A stretch of 64,000 nucleotides of DNA from Verrucomicrobiota bacterium. GTDB taxonomy: Bacteria; Verrucomicrobiota; Verrucomicrobiia; Limisphaerales; AAA164-E04. Of the stretch, positions 41,010-52,698 are shown piece by piece (positions within the stretch are counted from its first letter, which is position 1; every line of letters begins with the position of its first letter). The stretch spans positions 320,001-384,000 of the forward strand of contig CP170459.1 in the NCBI GenBank assembly GCA_047947115.1. The letters run 5' to 3'. Under the pieces are notes generated by a model. That model saw nothing but the letters and a program-made list of their open reading frames with translations, was not told the DNA's origin and searched no databases. The position numbers were made by a program, and so were the translations under genes.

Positions 41010-43487
41010 CTATTGTCCATGTTTTGCCTTCAAGTCTGCCAGTTTCTGCCGGATCACGGGTGGAGTTCGCTGTTGAGCCGCCTCCATCAAGTCCCGATGC
41101 CATTCCAAGGACAGATTCCCGTTCAATGCCTCATCCAACCAATACAACAAGACAGAATCAACCCGTCGATCTCTGGATGAACCGAGTTGCTTCAATGCTG
41201 CTTGCCATAGGCCTAATTCACCGGACTCCAACTGGCCCACCCACCCGGCAACCTGATCATCCGGATTGAGTCCTGATTGAATCAACACCGCTTCCTTGCG
41301 AAGCAACGCGCTGTTTGAGATCAAAGCCTCCCGAATGAGGGACTGCAACTGGGGAACACGCCAATCAGCCAGGGTCCACAAAGCCTTGGCACGGTTCTGA
41401 TGACTCTCCGTAAATCCTCGAAAGATGTTTTCAAGCAACCGGGCATGATGTTTCCATTCGCGAATTCGAATATACTCGAGCATGAAACGACGCTGCCCCT
41501 CGAGATCCGCCTTCACCCATGCATCTGCACGTTCCTTCCAGATGTCATCGAATGCCTCGTCCCAGCGATCGCTGTTCTCTGTCTTATCTCCCAACCAATT
41601 GAGGAGCCGTTCTGAACAACGCGCGCGGATATTACTTTCATACTTCCTCGACTCGACCGCTTCCGCCAGCGCTCGAATGTGGACGGGTTCCTGCAGCATG
41701 GCATTTGCGGCATAAACATGAAGCAGCATGGATTCCAATATGCTCCAATCCGGCAAGTGCTGATCGACTGACGCGAATGCAGGCGACCAATCCGATCGGG
41801 TTGCATGCATGCTGGCCAGAGCAGGAAAAGCCTCCCGGACAGATTCCTCCAAAATTGCACAAGCCGCTTCAACAGTGATGAACGGATTAGCATCATGAAG
41901 AAATTCCTGTATGCCAACATGCCGCTTTCTCCGAAGCCCCAGCATGGCGGCCATCCTGATCTTGTCTTCAGGATGCGTCACCAGCTCCATGAACTCTTCA
42001 GCGGACATCAGGTTCGACAAGGCAATCCTTGCCGCCTGTTGCTGGGCGTGCTGTTGATTTTCCGCTCGAACCATCCAATCCAGAAGACTCTGTTTGTATC
42101 CTTTCAAATCAAGTGCCCCCAACAATTTCACCGCGAGTAATCTCACGCCGGGGTCCGCGTCTCTCAGTGCTTCGCCAACCAACCTCTCACGATTGAGCCC
42201 GCCCGTCATGGCATAAATCTCCAAAGCAGTTGAACGCACCCGGGGCTCGGGATCAGCCAGCAGGGATGTCTCCCAACCCTCATTTGAAAGTTTCATCCGC
42301 TGTTCAGGTTGTTGGGATATTATTAAACGAATGCTCCATAAGGCGTGCAGACGACCGATGGTTAGAAAGGGATTTTTAACGCGTCGAAACAATTCATCCA
42401 ATGCAACCTCTCCACGGGCCGCCAATTCAAACTGCGCTTTCATGCGGATGCGGCGATCCTTGTGGTCCAAGCACTGAATCAGAAAGGCCGTTGATTGGGA
42501 GAGTGGATCTGCTCCCAGCAACTGTTTGGTGCGAACGGACTCAGGCGAAAATGCAAGCTTGGGATCGAAGAAACGAAAACTTGCAGGTCGCGCACCATTC
42601 AAAGGGGTTTGGGCCAGGATCAAAACGGACTCTGCTCCCCGGGTCAACAACATCGGCAAACCAGAACGCGCCAAGGTGGTTCTAAAGACCAGATCAAATC
42701 CAGTCCCCGCAGGATGGCTGAAGTATGATCCCACCTCGTAATCCCCATCCTTTTTGCCAACTACAATAAAGACCTGAGGTGAATCAACCGACCATCCTGA
42801 ATCGGTTTGCGCAATGACACTAACGGGATGTTGTAACAACACCGCAACGGGTGCCATGACATTTCCGAGCAGCGACATGGAATTGGTTGGCAATGTGTGT
42901 CGATCAACCAACAAGTCCCTCCTCCCCTCAACGCCAACATCGCTCACATTTCGCCAACCGTAATCAGCGCCTTCTATCAGACTCAACCATCGACTATTGC
43001 CGGAATCCCTCAACCCGGCATCAAGAACAAACGGTTGTCCGAATGCGTCAAATACAATCGGTAAAGGTTCACGCAACCCTGTTGCGAACCTCTCCGGATT
43101 TCCCTTTCCCGGGAATACCCTGAAGACGCTTGTTCCCCGCTCCAGTCCGGTGCGTTGACTGGATTCAAAAAAGTAGGCATATCCATCAGGACTGATCCGC
43201 ATCTCAGGACTCAGCTCGACAACATTTTCCAAAGCCGCCTTCATCCATGGAACATTCTCGATTATGTCTTGCGTCGATGGATCGGAAAAATCCCCATCCG
43301 CTTCACTCATCCGCTCGGCCCTCCAACCTGCCTGAAGCCATTCAATCCGTGAGAAGGATGGAGACGTGGCTGCAGGGACATGCGGTTGAATAGATATCAG
43401 CATGAGTGCAACCAACATCCCACAACGCTTCGCCCCACTCCCCATCGAAGGATCCTTTCCCAACAATTTGGCGGTCTTTACGGTCAT
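41010..43487 (-). CDS. Secreted beta-propeller/HEAT-repeat protein related to PVC-type dehydrogenase-like proteins; no CxxCH
   Basis: FATGLREP, EGADYGW, DRRIRMKAQFELA, RLHALW, multiple HEAT repeats; start uncertain. Confidence 0.65.
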   Translation of the reverse strand: MTVKTAKLLGKDPSMGSGAKRCGMLVALMLISIQPHVPAATSPSFSRIEWLQAGWRAERMSEADGDFSDPSTQDIIENVPWMKAALENVVELSPEMRISPDGYAYFFESSQRTGLERGTSVFRVFPGKGNPERFATGLREPLPIVFDAFGQPFVLDAGLRDSGNSRWLSLIEGADYGWRNVSDVGVEGRRDLLVDRHTLPTNSMSLLGNVMAPVAVLLQHPVSVIAQTDSGWSVDSPQVFIVVGKKDGDYEVGSYFSHPAGTGFDLVFRTTLARSGLPMLLTRGAESVLILAQTPLNGARPASFRFFDPKLAFSPESVRTKQLLGADPLSQSTAFLIQCLDHKDRRIRMKAQFELAARGEVALDELFRRVKNPFLTIGRLHALWSIRLIISQQPEQRMKLSNEGWETSLLADPEPRVRSTALEIYAMTGGLNRERLVGEALRDADPGVRLLAVKLLGALDLKGYKQSLLDWMVRAENQQHAQQQAARIALSNLMSAEEFMELVTHPEDKIRMAAMLGLRRKRHVGIQEFLHDANPFITVEAACAILEESVREAFPALASMHATRSDWSPAFASVDQHLPDWSILESMLLHVYAANAMLQEPVHIRALAEAVESRKYESNIRARCSERLLNWLGDKTENSDRWDEAFDDIWKERADAWVKADLEGQRRFMLEYIRIREWKHHARLLENIFRGFTESHQNRAKALWTLADWRVPQLQSLIREALISNSALLRKEAVLIQSGLNPDDQVAGWVGQLESGELGLWQAALKQLGSSRDRRVDSVLLYWLDEALNGNLSLEWHRDLMEAAQQRTPPVIRQKLADLKAKHGQ

Positions 43488-43666
43488 AAGCCTCAACAAA
43501 TCATACGAAAGAATTATCCGCCAAAACCAGCAAGATGTAAACGTGCAAGACAATCGTTGCATTTGAGCCGAAGCATCGTGCCTCATGACTTTCGGATTGT
43601 ATCTGTTACGCATGCTTGTCGGTGTTCCATCTTGACAGATAAGACAGCAATCGGCATGGGTTGAGC

Positions 43667-44572
43667 ATGCAAATTCACGATATCTCAGCACGACGACGCA
43701 ATGCACCATCAGGTTTCACACTGATCGAACTTCTGGTGGTGATCGCCATCATCGCCATTCTTGCGGGCATGCTCCTGCCGGCCCTTTCCAAAGCAAAACT
43801 CAAAGCAACCGGTGCGGCCTGTGTCAGCAATCAGAAGCAACTGATTCTCGGGTTTATGATGTATGCGGACGACAATGAAGATCGCATGCTATATACAACC
43901 CCTGCGCGGGGCCAGATTGACAATCCCGCAGGAGGTTTCTGGCCCGGACCTCACACGGACGCCGGGCAGTTCAGGGATGTCACCAGCGGTATGACCAAAT
44001 CGGAAGCACAACGCAACGTCGAAAACGGCCTGCGTAAAGGGGCCCTGTTTCAATATGTCGATGGAACAGGCGCTTACCACTGCCCCGGCGATCTGCGCAC
44101 CAAACGCCTCCAACCCGGTAAGGGCTGGGCGTATGACAGTTACTCAAAAGCAAATGGCATGAATGGACTCGCTTGGCAAAGCTCCGGCACTCCGGGCAGC
44201 AATTCAGGTCCACAGCCCGCTTATGTTAAAACAACAGGCATCAACGGACCTTCCGAAGCGATGGTTTTTCTGGAAGAAGCTGATCCACGTGGACGCAACC
44301 TGGGCACCTGGGTGATCAATGTCGCGCCTTCTCCCAGCTGGATTGATCCATTCGCCATCTTCCACGGCAACAACAGCACCATTTCTTATGCAGATGGTCA
44401 TGCCGATGCACATCGTTGGATCACCGACAACGTGATCAGCGCAGCTAAGGATGCATCAAGCGGTGTCACATCCGTTTTCAACTGGGGTGGAGGAAACGCA
44501 TCCAATCCGGACTTCGTCTGGGTCTACAACAACTACAAACACCAACGCTGGACCCGTATTAACAATCAGTAG
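43667..44572 (+). CDS. Prepilin-type N-terminal cleavage/methylation protein with H-X9-DG C-terminal motif
   Basis: [42 protein letters not shown]. Confidence 0.92.
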   Translation: MQIHDISARRRNAPSGFTLIELLVVIAIIAILAGMLLPALSKAKLKATGAACVSNQKQLILGFMMYADDNEDRMLYTTPARGQIDNPAGGFWPGPHTDAGQFRDVTSGMTKSEAQRNVENGLRKGALFQYVDGTGAYHCPGDLRTKRLQPGKGWAYDSYSKANGMNGLAWQSSGTPGSNSGPQPAYVKTTGINGPSEAMVFLEEADPRGRNLGTWVINVAPSPSWIDPFAIFHGNNSTISYADGHADAHRWITDNVISAAKDASSGVTSVFNWGGGNASNPDFVWVYNNYKHQRWTRINNQ

Positions 44573-44899
44573 TCAGCAGTCTTGAATGTAAGACCGACAG
44601 GAGAATGGAAAGCACCGGGTTTTCCGGGCAGGTACGGCTTGAATTCAGCCTAAAACACATGCCGGGATCATTCGATTTTCTTTAACACAAAGCATACTGA
44701 GTCTGATTGTAACTTGCTTCCCCGTGCACCCGGAGTTTAATCATGAGTTTTTCAAATAGAAACTCATAAGAATTCATGGTCTGGCTATCAGGCCATGGAT
44801 CCTGGTAAGCTGCTGCTTTGCACAAAGCGGTCCCTTTGCACAGGTTCCGGAAATCCGGAATATAATCTGAGGCAACTTTGTTGACATCTCATTCTCCCC

Positions 44900-47737
44900 A
44901 TGGCCAAGACCTCAACAATACAAAGCAGTTGGACCTCGACAGGAGTGGACATCCGCAGCGATGCCGTCACCCGGCAGCTCTACGCAACCGATGCTTCGAT
45001 TTACGAAATAACTCCCAAGGCCGTGGCATTTCCCAAAGGACCGGAAGAAATGTCTCGCGTGTTTCGGATGGCTGCGGATGAAGGGCTGTCCGTGACCCCC
45101 CGCGGCTCTGGATCAGGGCTTGCCGGTGGGGCCATCGGTGAGGGACTGATCATGGACTGCCAACGCTTCAATCAGCAGATTCATTCGTTTGATCCAGACC
45201 AAAAGAGCATTCGAGTCGGTCCCGGGGTTGTTTTGGATGCGTTGAATGCTTTTCTTCATCCCCATGGATTTCAATTCGGCCCCGATGTTGCCACCAGTTC
45301 ACGAGCCACACTTGGAGGCATGATCGCCAACAACTCCTCAGGGGCCCGAGTCTCGGCATACGGTGTCACCGGTGATCATGTCAGATCTCTGGATTTAATC
45401 AAATCGGATGGCACCCGCGTCACCTTCGACAACCATGGCAACATGACGACAGATTGGCTCGAGGACCTCCTGTTCCATATCCAATCCAATGCCGGGTTGA
45501 TTCGGAAAACATTTCCCGACGGAATGATTAAACGATGGCACGGCTATGGTTTGAGAAAATGCCTTGATCAACCAACACATTGGACTCAACTCCTTTCCGG
45601 CAGCGAAGGCACCCTGGCCGTGATTGCGGGAGCGGAACTGAACATTGTACCGTTACCAAAGGAGAAAGGCCTGGGATTGTTGTTTTTCGACTCCGCCACT
45701 GACGCCATGCAGGCTTCCGTGGATGTGGCCGACTTGAAACCCAGTGCCATTGAACACATCGACCGCATCCTGTTTGATCAAACACGCGGACAATTGCTCT
45801 TCCAGCAAGCAAGAAGTCTACTCGAACTGGATGACAAACCATGTGAATCCATCCTTATGGTTGAGTTTCAGGAAGACGTTGCAGATTGCCTGGATCAGCT
45901 CGGAAAACGAAGATTGGGAAAACGTCGACTCATGCTCCAGGATTCGAGCTCCATGCAGCTTGTCTGGCAATTGCGCAAGGCCGGGCTCAGCCTTTTAACG
46001 GGATGCAAGGGAGCAGCCAAACCCACAACCGGCATTGAGGACACAGCGGTGTGCCCCAAAGTTCTCCCCGAATACGTTCGAGAACTTCAAAAAATCCTGG
46101 CAGCACAAAAGCTCGAAGCCTGTTACTACGGACATGCGGCATCGGGTTTGCTCCACATCCGACCGGTGTTGAACATACTATTACCGGAAGATATTCGTCG
46201 ATTTCGAGCGGTCGCAGATGACATCTCCCAGCTTGTAAAAACCTTCAAGGGCTCACTGGCTGCCGAACATGGCATCGGTATCGCGCGTAGCGAATATCTG
46301 GAAGATCACATCGGCCCCGAGTTGATGGATCTTCATCGAAAAATCAAGGAGACTTTCGATCCTTCATGGCGATTGAATCCCGGGAAGGTCATTGATCTCG
46401 ACAAAAGATACCGAATCGATTCCTGTTTGCGTCACCCCATAACATCCCAATCCCCAGCGGCCACCTTCAATCCGGAGTTGGCCTTTGCCGCGAAGGATGC
46501 ACACTGGACCGACAACCTCGCGCAGTGCAACGGCTGCGGAGGCTGCCGAAAAGCGCCCGCCACCATGTGCCCCACCTTTCAGGCCACCGGGGAAGAAATC
46601 ATGTCCACGCGTGGTCGGGCAAATTTGATTCGCACCTGGACTCAGGAAGGACGTGCGAAGGAAGATATGCCACTCATGCTTCAGGAAGCCTTGGGACATT
46701 GTTTATCCTGCAAGGCATGCAAAACGGAGTGCCCTTCCAACGTTGATATGGCATTGATCAAGGCCGAACTCCAACAGGTCATGAGAGACCGGCACGGCGC
46801 AACTCTATCCCAATGGTTGTTTGGTCATGTGGATTGGATTGCCGAGTGGGCATCTCATTTCCCGGCTTGGAGCAATCGCATGCAATCCTGGAACTGGTTG
46901 AGAAGAAGATTGGAAAAACCATTCAATTTGTCCATCAAACGTCCATTACCAAACTTTGCCAATCAGCGTTTTGATAGATGGTTCGCTCAACGTGTTTCCA
47001 ATCACCCTACCCCCAACGGCCCTGTATACCTCTGGGATGACACGTTTGCCCGTTATTACGACCCACATATCGGAAAAGCTGCCGTGGAAGTTTTGGAACA
47101 TCTGGGCTTTGAAGTGCGTTTGCTCCTTGGGCGCCGATGCTGCGGAAGACCCTCCTTCAGCCAAGGCGACCTCCGTCGAGCGCGTCGACTAGGTCAACAT
47201 AACATTGATCTGATTGAACGAAACCCGAAAACTCCGATCCTGTTTCTTGAACCCTCCTGCTTTTCGATGTTTCGGGAAGATTACACGGAACTTGGTGTAA
47301 AAGGCGCGGACACCATCGCAAACCGCTGTCACTTGCTGGAAGCCTTCCTGGCCCAACAATGTGAAAAACACCCTGAATGGCGTGATCGATTTCACCCTCC
47401 CCAAACACCTGCCGTCACTCACGTGCATTGCCATGCGAAAGCTTTGACAAACACTTCCTATATCCAACAACTGAAACAGCATTTGTGGCCCGACATAAAA
47501 CCCGAAATCCTGGCATCAGGCTGCTGTGGCATGGCTGGCGCTTTTGGCGCTTCTGAATCGGAATATGAACTTTCGGTTCAAGTGGGAAATCAACTTGCTG
47601 AGCTGCTGAATCAATATCCCGAAAAGGTTCAGGTTATATCCAATGGAACCAGTTGCCGCCATCAGATTGAACATCTCACAGACCGCAACCCTCTACACAT
47701 CGCTGAAGTCCTTGCTAAGTCGATCAGGAAGCCCTGA
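44900..47737 (+). CDS. FAD-binding/Fe-S oxidoreductase (GlcD-like fused to GlpC-like)
   Basis: PRGSGSGLAG, GSEGTL, AEHGIG, CNGCGGC, CLSCKACKTECP, CCG motifs. Confidence 0.9.
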   Translation: MAKTSTIQSSWTSTGVDIRSDAVTRQLYATDASIYEITPKAVAFPKGPEEMSRVFRMAADEGLSVTPRGSGSGLAGGAIGEGLIMDCQRFNQQIHSFDPDQKSIRVGPGVVLDALNAFLHPHGFQFGPDVATSSRATLGGMIANNSSGARVSAYGVTGDHVRSLDLIKSDGTRVTFDNHGNMTTDWLEDLLFHIQSNAGLIRKTFPDGMIKRWHGYGLRKCLDQPTHWTQLLSGSEGTLAVIAGAELNIVPLPKEKGLGLLFFDSATDAMQASVDVADLKPSAIEHIDRILFDQTRGQLLFQQARSLLELDDKPCESILMVEFQEDVADCLDQLGKRRLGKRRLMLQDSSSMQLVWQLRKAGLSLLTGCKGAAKPTTGIEDTAVCPKVLPEYVRELQKILAAQKLEACYYGHAASGLLHIRPVLNILLPEDIRRFRAVADDISQLVKTFKGSLAAEHGIGIARSEYLEDHIGPELMDLHRKIKETFDPSWRLNPGKVIDLDKRYRIDSCLRHPITSQSPAATFNPELAFAAKDAHWTDNLAQCNGCGGCRKAPATMCPTFQATGEEIMSTRGRANLIRTWTQEGRAKEDMPLMLQEALGHCLSCKACKTECPSNVDMALIKAELQQVMRDRHGATLSQWLFGHVDWIAEWASHFPAWSNRMQSWNWLRRRLEKPFNLSIKRPLPNFANQRFDRWFAQRVSNHPTPNGPVYLWDDTFARYYDPHIGKAAVEVLEHLGFEVRLLLGRRCCGRPSFSQGDLRRARRLGQHNIDLIERNPKTPILFLEPSCFSMFREDYTELGVKGADTIANRCHLLEAFLAQQCEKHPEWRDRFHPPQTPAVTHVHCHAKALTNTSYIQQLKQHLWPDIKPEILASGCCGMAGAFGASESEYELSVQVGNQLAELLNQYPEKVQVISNGTSCRHQIEHLTDRNPLHIAEVLAKSIRKP

Positions 47738-47767
47738 GCTAACCAATACTCAGCCCGAAGCAAACCA

Positions 47768-48733
47768 TCACTTCAAACTCGCATCTGACAGCTTCTTCCC
47801 ATTCGTGGAAATCACATGAATCCCGTGCGCATGTGCGCTCGGGTGAAAAAACTCCCAAACCACTTTCTTGTCCGGAGTGATTTCAAACAAACGCGGTTTG
47901 GATGCATCACGTTGGGCGTAACTGGCAATCACAGTGTTACCGTTGGGCAAACGCTGACCACCGCATGGATCACTGAACCTTCCTTCCACATCAGTGTTAT
48001 CCACACGCCATACAACCTTGCCAGATATATCGAATTCAACGGTCTTGTTTCCATGCGTTAAATTCGCCAGAGTATTGCCATTCGCCAATCGAATCGCGGT
48101 GAACGGCCAATTTTCCTCTTCACGTCCCCCCAATTCCGCAAGATCCGTGCGGATGGTCTTGAGCACCGTCCCGTCAGGAGCATACTCCTTGATGGCAAAC
48201 CCAAGCAAATGAGGTGCAATATAGTTTCCATTTGCCAACTTTCGCGCCATGCGGGTTTGCATATGGGCATTGTCAGTATCGGGTTGAAGCGGAATTTCAG
48301 CCTTAATCTCACCCTGTGCATTGATCTCAAGCAAACGGGGCTTGATCCCCCGCTCCACTAGCATGGTGTTCCCGGAATCCAATCGAACAGCCGTCCCCAA
48401 CTCCTTGTTCACCGCATTCAATTGATAAGACCAAACCACCTCATTGGATCGGGTATACTCGCGTGCTACCCGTCCGTTGGAGATCAACAGATTCCCATTG
48501 CCCAAGACGTAACCATCGCGTGACCCACCATCGACCTGCCAGACCACCTGACTGTTCTCATCAAACAAAGCGGTCATGTTTCCACAAACAAGAAACCCGT
48601 GTTGAATACGCTCCGCACTGACCTGTTTCGGACTGCCCTGAGCCACTGCAGGTAAAAACAGCTTCAAAACACTCAACAAGCAAAAGCACCCCATTAGGAA
48701 ACGGGATTGAAAATGAAGAAATTTATTTGGCAT
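47768..48733 (-). CDS. Secreted beta-propeller hypothetical protein
   Basis: Signal peptide; repeated RLxNGNT and VVW motifs. Confidence 0.75.
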   Translation of the reverse strand: MPNKFLHFQSRFLMGCFCLLSVLKLFLPAVAQGSPKQVSAERIQHGFLVCGNMTALFDENSQVVWQVDGGSRDGYVLGNGNLLISNGRVAREYTRSNEVVWSYQLNAVNKELGTAVRLDSGNTMLVERGIKPRLLEINAQGEIKAEIPLQPDTDNAHMQTRMARKLANGNYIAPHLLGFAIKEYAPDGTVLKTIRTDLAELGGREEENWPFTAIRLANGNTLANLTHGNKTVEFDISGKVVWRVDNTDVEGRFSDPCGGQRLPNGNTVIASYAQRDASKPRLFEITPDKKVVWEFFHPSAHAHGIHVISTNGKKLSDASLK

Positions 48734-48778
48734 GTCAGGAGCATGGCACGCTGTATAAATGTGAACAAGTGCGTAAAT

Positions 48779-48809
48779 AAAAAAACCCGGCCTCGAGAGA
48801 GACCGGGTT
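48779..48809 (-). terminator. Intrinsic terminator
   Basis: Minus strand aacccggtctc-tctc-gaggccgggtt plus T-run, just after the 48824 stop. Confidence 0.75.
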
Positions 48810-48823
48810 GAACAAAAGAAAAA

Positions 48824-51800
48824 TTACTCGAAAGAAATTTCCTGCTGGATTTCCTTGACCGTACCTTCGGGAGGATCGTTCTTCAAGGTCATAAGATAAG
48901 CCATGAGATCCTCAATGTCTTGAGGCGGGAGCAAGACCCCAAACGGTGGCATCGGCGAAACTTCCGCAGGGAATCCTTCTGCAATGGCAGCCTGTGGATC
49001 CAAAATACTTTCACGGATAAAGGCGGCGTCTTTTCGCCTGGCAATATCATCCAGATAGGGCCCGACAAATCCACCCTGAGCATTCACCTGATGACATCGA
49101 ACGCACGATGCCACCGGATGCTCATTGAAGATTTTTCTGCCGCGCTCAACGTCACCCTCCAGATTGGCGGCTTCTTCATTGGCGATTTCAATAACAACTT
49201 CCTGCAAGGAAACATCATCGTACCACGCAGTGCCCCGCGAGGTTCCCCAACCGCCAAACAAGCAATTGATAAGGATGCTGTCCTGCCCCCCGGTGTTGAA
49301 TGTGACTTCAACCTTCTTCCAATCACTATCACCTGAAACAGGGCTGGTAACACCTTCTCCGATCGTGTGGACATTCATCAGACCACCACGCGCACCACGG
49401 ACGCCTTCTGTCTTGACCCACCCGGACATCTTGTAGTCGGTGTTGGGCTTAACGGACACATTCGCGCTCCACCCCACATCAGCACCTTGTATTGATGTGA
49501 TTTTAATAGAGCGTTTCCCGGTTCGCACGTAGGCTGGATCATCTTCGTAGGAGAAGGTCGTTCCCCCACGATCATTGTAAGTGGCCGGACGCCAGGCGGC
49601 CGGACGATCCCCTCTTGCTTCTTCGAAAGATGCATTCGGCAGGATGTTTTCTCCGAGTGAAGTGGAATAAGCCGCCACTCCCTGGTTCCGGGAGGCTGCC
49701 TTCAGGGCAAGAGACAACCAGTCATCCTTGCGATTCACTTCATCACGGAACAATTGCGGAATGGCAATTTCAAGTGATGTGTGTTTGGGAAAATGGGCCA
49801 TTTCCACAAAGGCCTCACGCCGCACCTGCAAATCATCGGCAGCCACCACAGCGGTATCGAAGAACAACTGAATGTCCTCCTCGGACGTTCCAAGTGCTTT
49901 GATGGCGTTGCGACGCAGAACAGGATTCTTGCTGAGCAAAGCTGCCTGGTGGATTTCGCGATCCAGTTGCCCCAATCCATCGAGCGTCCAAAACGCATGG
50001 ACCGCCGAGCGGCCGGCATCCACCACCTTGCGACGCAGCAGTTGAACAACGTCCGTGGCCTTTCGCTCGATCAACATGCGCTGAGCTGTCATACGCCAAA
50101 ACATGTTTGAATCATCGAACACTTCCACCAACGCTTCATTTGATGAATTGGCAAGGGAGATGATGGTGGGTTGAGATTCGGTCGGTTTGTAAATGAGACG
50201 GTAGATGCGCCCATGCTGACGATCACGATTCGGATTCACATGAGCATTCCCTTTTCCTGTCCGCGCCTCATACCCCCCACGTTGCGGACTTGGGGTCGGG
50301 TTGTGCTGAATGATGAAGTTGTACCAATCAGCCACCCACAAGTGACCGTCCGGTCCCACTTCTGCGGAAACGGGCGAGAACCATTCATCCGCACTGGCAA
50401 TCAGAGAATAACGATTGATCGCTTTGTAACCGGAACCATGCGGAACATTCTGATACATGCCCAATAAATTACCAGTCGGTCCACTGATGAATGCCATGGA
50501 ATCACGCCAGGATTCAGGAAAACGATCGGATGTTGCCAAGGCGTATCCCGCACCCGCAGTGTATCGACCGAATGCATCCACTTGGCGTATATTGGGCGTA
50601 ATGGGCTGAAACTCGGGATGATCGGCAATCATCAGAGCGGAAATGCTGGGACTGCCTTGATATCCCGTGGCAGGAAATCCACCAAAAAAAGCAGGATTGT
50701 TATTGGCTGTGGATCCAAACACATCCCCTGCACTGTTGAAACCCAACCCCCAGGTGTTGTTGTTGAACTGATGCATGAACGTAACATCGGAACCGTCCGC
50801 CTTCATGTTGAAAACGCCGTTACCAAAACGCACATCGCTGTCACCTCTTCGTTCGGAATAACCGGAATACCCCACAGTCCCCCAAACACGATTGTCCAAT
50901 CCATATCGGAAACTGGATGGCCCGGCATGGGTATCAGCAACGCCCCAACCAGTGTTCAACACTTCACGCACATCGGCTTTATCATCTCCATTGGTGTCCT
51001 GGAAAAAAAGGAAGTCCGGAGCTTGAGCCACGATAACACCTCCGTTGGCGAAGACGATCGAGGTCGGGACATTGAGCCCGTCCGCAAACACCTTCACCTT
51101 GTCACAACGCCCGTCCCCATTGGTATCTTCAAGGATCTTGATGCTGTCACGGCCAGTACGGTCGTTGGTGAGTTCGTTGGGATAATCCACTGCTTCGGCC
51201 ACCCACAGCCGCCCACGATGATCCCAAGCCATGCAGATGGGATTCACGATGTCGGGTTCACTGGCGAACAATTCCAAACGAAAACCGACCGGCACCTGTG
51301 TGTATTGCAAGCTTTCCTCGGGAGAAAGCGGAAGTTGATATGGAAGCGGTTCTGGTCGGCGTTCATAATTCGGAATGTTATCACGTTTTTCATAAACCAA
51401 GGGCACACGCTCATTCAGGAATGCCTCATAGGAATGGCGACGCTCATCCCCAATCGACCAGAGAACACCTTTCTTGATCAATTGATGAAATTCATCGCGG
51501 CCCCAGACACGGTGGTCGTGACCCGAGGCGGTGTAAAAAACACGACCCTTGCCCTGCGTTCGAATCCAGGTCCAGGGTTCAGGTTCTTTGATGTTGTCGT
51601 CCGGACCGGCCACTTCACGCACTTGGAGTACCACGCGATCTTTCAAATTGTGATTCACGTGAACGTATGTCTCGTCCCATGCTTCCAAGGCAGGGACGTC
51701 TTTGATGGCCTCATGGTCAGGAAGCACCGTCTTTGGTTGGAACACCCCGGTTCGGTGATGCGCAAATCGCCCCCCCACCAACTGATCGAATCCGGGCTCA

Positions 51801-52180
51801 TTGCTGAAACACCAACTGGCACAGTGGATCGGCAGGAAACCACCGCCGGTTTCGACAAAGTTCAACAGATTCTTCCATTGGTTTGAGGTGATCTCGGCAT
51901 GGTTGGCATACAGCAACACGGCATCGAATTTGCCAAGATAGTCTGCATCCCCCAAAGCCTCCTCGACCGAAGTCATGTAATCAAAGTAGATGGCATCCCG
52001 CCCTAGTGCCTTGGAGATCATGGGGAAATAGGCGTTGGAAGGATGATGCTCGGCATCGTGCCCCAGAAAAAGCACCCGAACCGGACCTTCGTCTGTTCCA
52101 TGTACGTTCAACGCCCCCAGCAAAAGCAGCAGGCTTAACAATGATTTTATGATTTTGCTCAATTTCATATCTAACTTCAT
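48824..52180 (-). CDS. PVC-type heme-binding protein: ThuA-like, beta-propeller, HEAT, CBM4/9-like, cytochrome c
   Basis: GKGRVFYTASGHD, ELFASEPDI, GPDGHLWVADWY, NASFEE, CVRCH. Confidence 0.88.
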   Translation of the reverse strand: MKLDMKLSKIIKSLLSLLLLLGALNVHGTDEGPVRVLFLGHDAEHHPSNAYFPMISKALGRDAIYFDYMTSVEEALGDADYLGKFDAVLLYANHAEITSNQWKNLLNFVETGGGFLPIHCASWCFSNEPGFDQLVGGRFAHHRTGVFQPKTVLPDHEAIKDVPALEAWDETYVHVNHNLKDRVVLQVREVAGPDDNIKEPEPWTWIRTQGKGRVFYTASGHDHRVWGRDEFHQLIKKGVLWSIGDERRHSYEAFLNERVPLVYEKRDNIPNYERRPEPLPYQLPLSPEESLQYTQVPVGFRLELFASEPDIVNPICMAWDHRGRLWVAEAVDYPNELTNDRTGRDSIKILEDTNGDGRCDKVKVFADGLNVPTSIVFANGGVIVAQAPDFLFFQDTNGDDKADVREVLNTGWGVADTHAGPSSFRYGLDNRVWGTVGYSGYSERRGDSDVRFGNGVFNMKADGSDVTFMHQFNNNTWGLGFNSAGDVFGSTANNNPAFFGGFPATGYQGSPSISALMIADHPEFQPITPNIRQVDAFGRYTAGAGYALATSDRFPESWRDSMAFISGPTGNLLGMYQNVPHGSGYKAINRYSLIASADEWFSPVSAEVGPDGHLWVADWYNFIIQHNPTPSPQRGGYEARTGKGNAHVNPNRDRQHGRIYRLIYKPTESQPTIISLANSSNEALVEVFDDSNMFWRMTAQRMLIERKATDVVQLLRRKVVDAGRSAVHAFWTLDGLGQLDREIHQAALLSKNPVLRRNAIKALGTSEEDIQLFFDTAVVAADDLQVRREAFVEMAHFPKHTSLEIAIPQLFRDEVNRKDDWLSLALKAASRNQGVAAYSTSLGENILPNASFEEARGDRPAAWRPATYNDRGGTTFSYEDDPAYVRTGKRSIKITSIQGADVGWSANVSVKPNTDYKMSGWVKTEGVRGARGGLMNVHTIGEGVTSPVSGDSDWKKVEVTFNTGGQDSILINCLFGGWGTSRGTAWYDDVSLQEVVIEIANEEAANLEGDVERGRKIFNEHPVASCVRCHQVNAQGGFVGPYLDDIARRKDAAFIRESILDPQAAIAEGFPAEVSPMPPFGVLLPPQDIEDLMAYLMTLKNDPPEGTVKEIQQEISFE

Positions 52181-52698
52181 AACTTCAACTCAATGCAACG
52201 GAACACAAGAATCACCTTGAACCGAGCCAGCGCATTTGAAATGCGGATCTGTAAAGGATGATGGTAATCATAAGAATCGCCAAAACCACTCTTTTTTGCA
52301 TCATCTGGGCTCCACCGAAGCCATCTTATGAAAAAAAAAGACTGTGCTATCAAACATTACGACGAGGTTTTAGGAAATAATTGCCCCCGCATGATTTGAA
52401 TCAAACAACACGGCAAATCGTACAGAAATGTCTATCGCCAGCCTCGGCCTCTATGATTCGGGGGCATTCACAGCGCAGCAGATTGGGAGTTTAAATAAGG
52501 CGGGCATCAAGGCTACTATGGCCGCCAAAAACCAACTCAGGAAGGCCGTAATAAATGAATTGTTGGCGCTTACCGCTGACAAGGAGAATGCAATGAGAAT
52601 CCTTGGGTTGGAGAAATCCTGGTCGATGACGGACTATCCACCTCGCAAATTCCCAAAGCATGGTTGCCCACGCTCCACCTGTTTGCTAGCTTCTTCCC

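Noticed and set aside
44573..44899. Possible riboswitch or ncRNA upstream of the FAD/Fe-S oxidoreductase
   Set aside because: Only short hairpins (atgagttt/aaactcat, ttccgga/tccggaa); no family consensus recognised
50582..51886. 434-aa plus-strand ORF and many similar antisense ORFs (e.g. 17236-18171, 36765-37670)
   Set aside because: Shadows of well-supported genes on the opposite strand; no recognisable motifs
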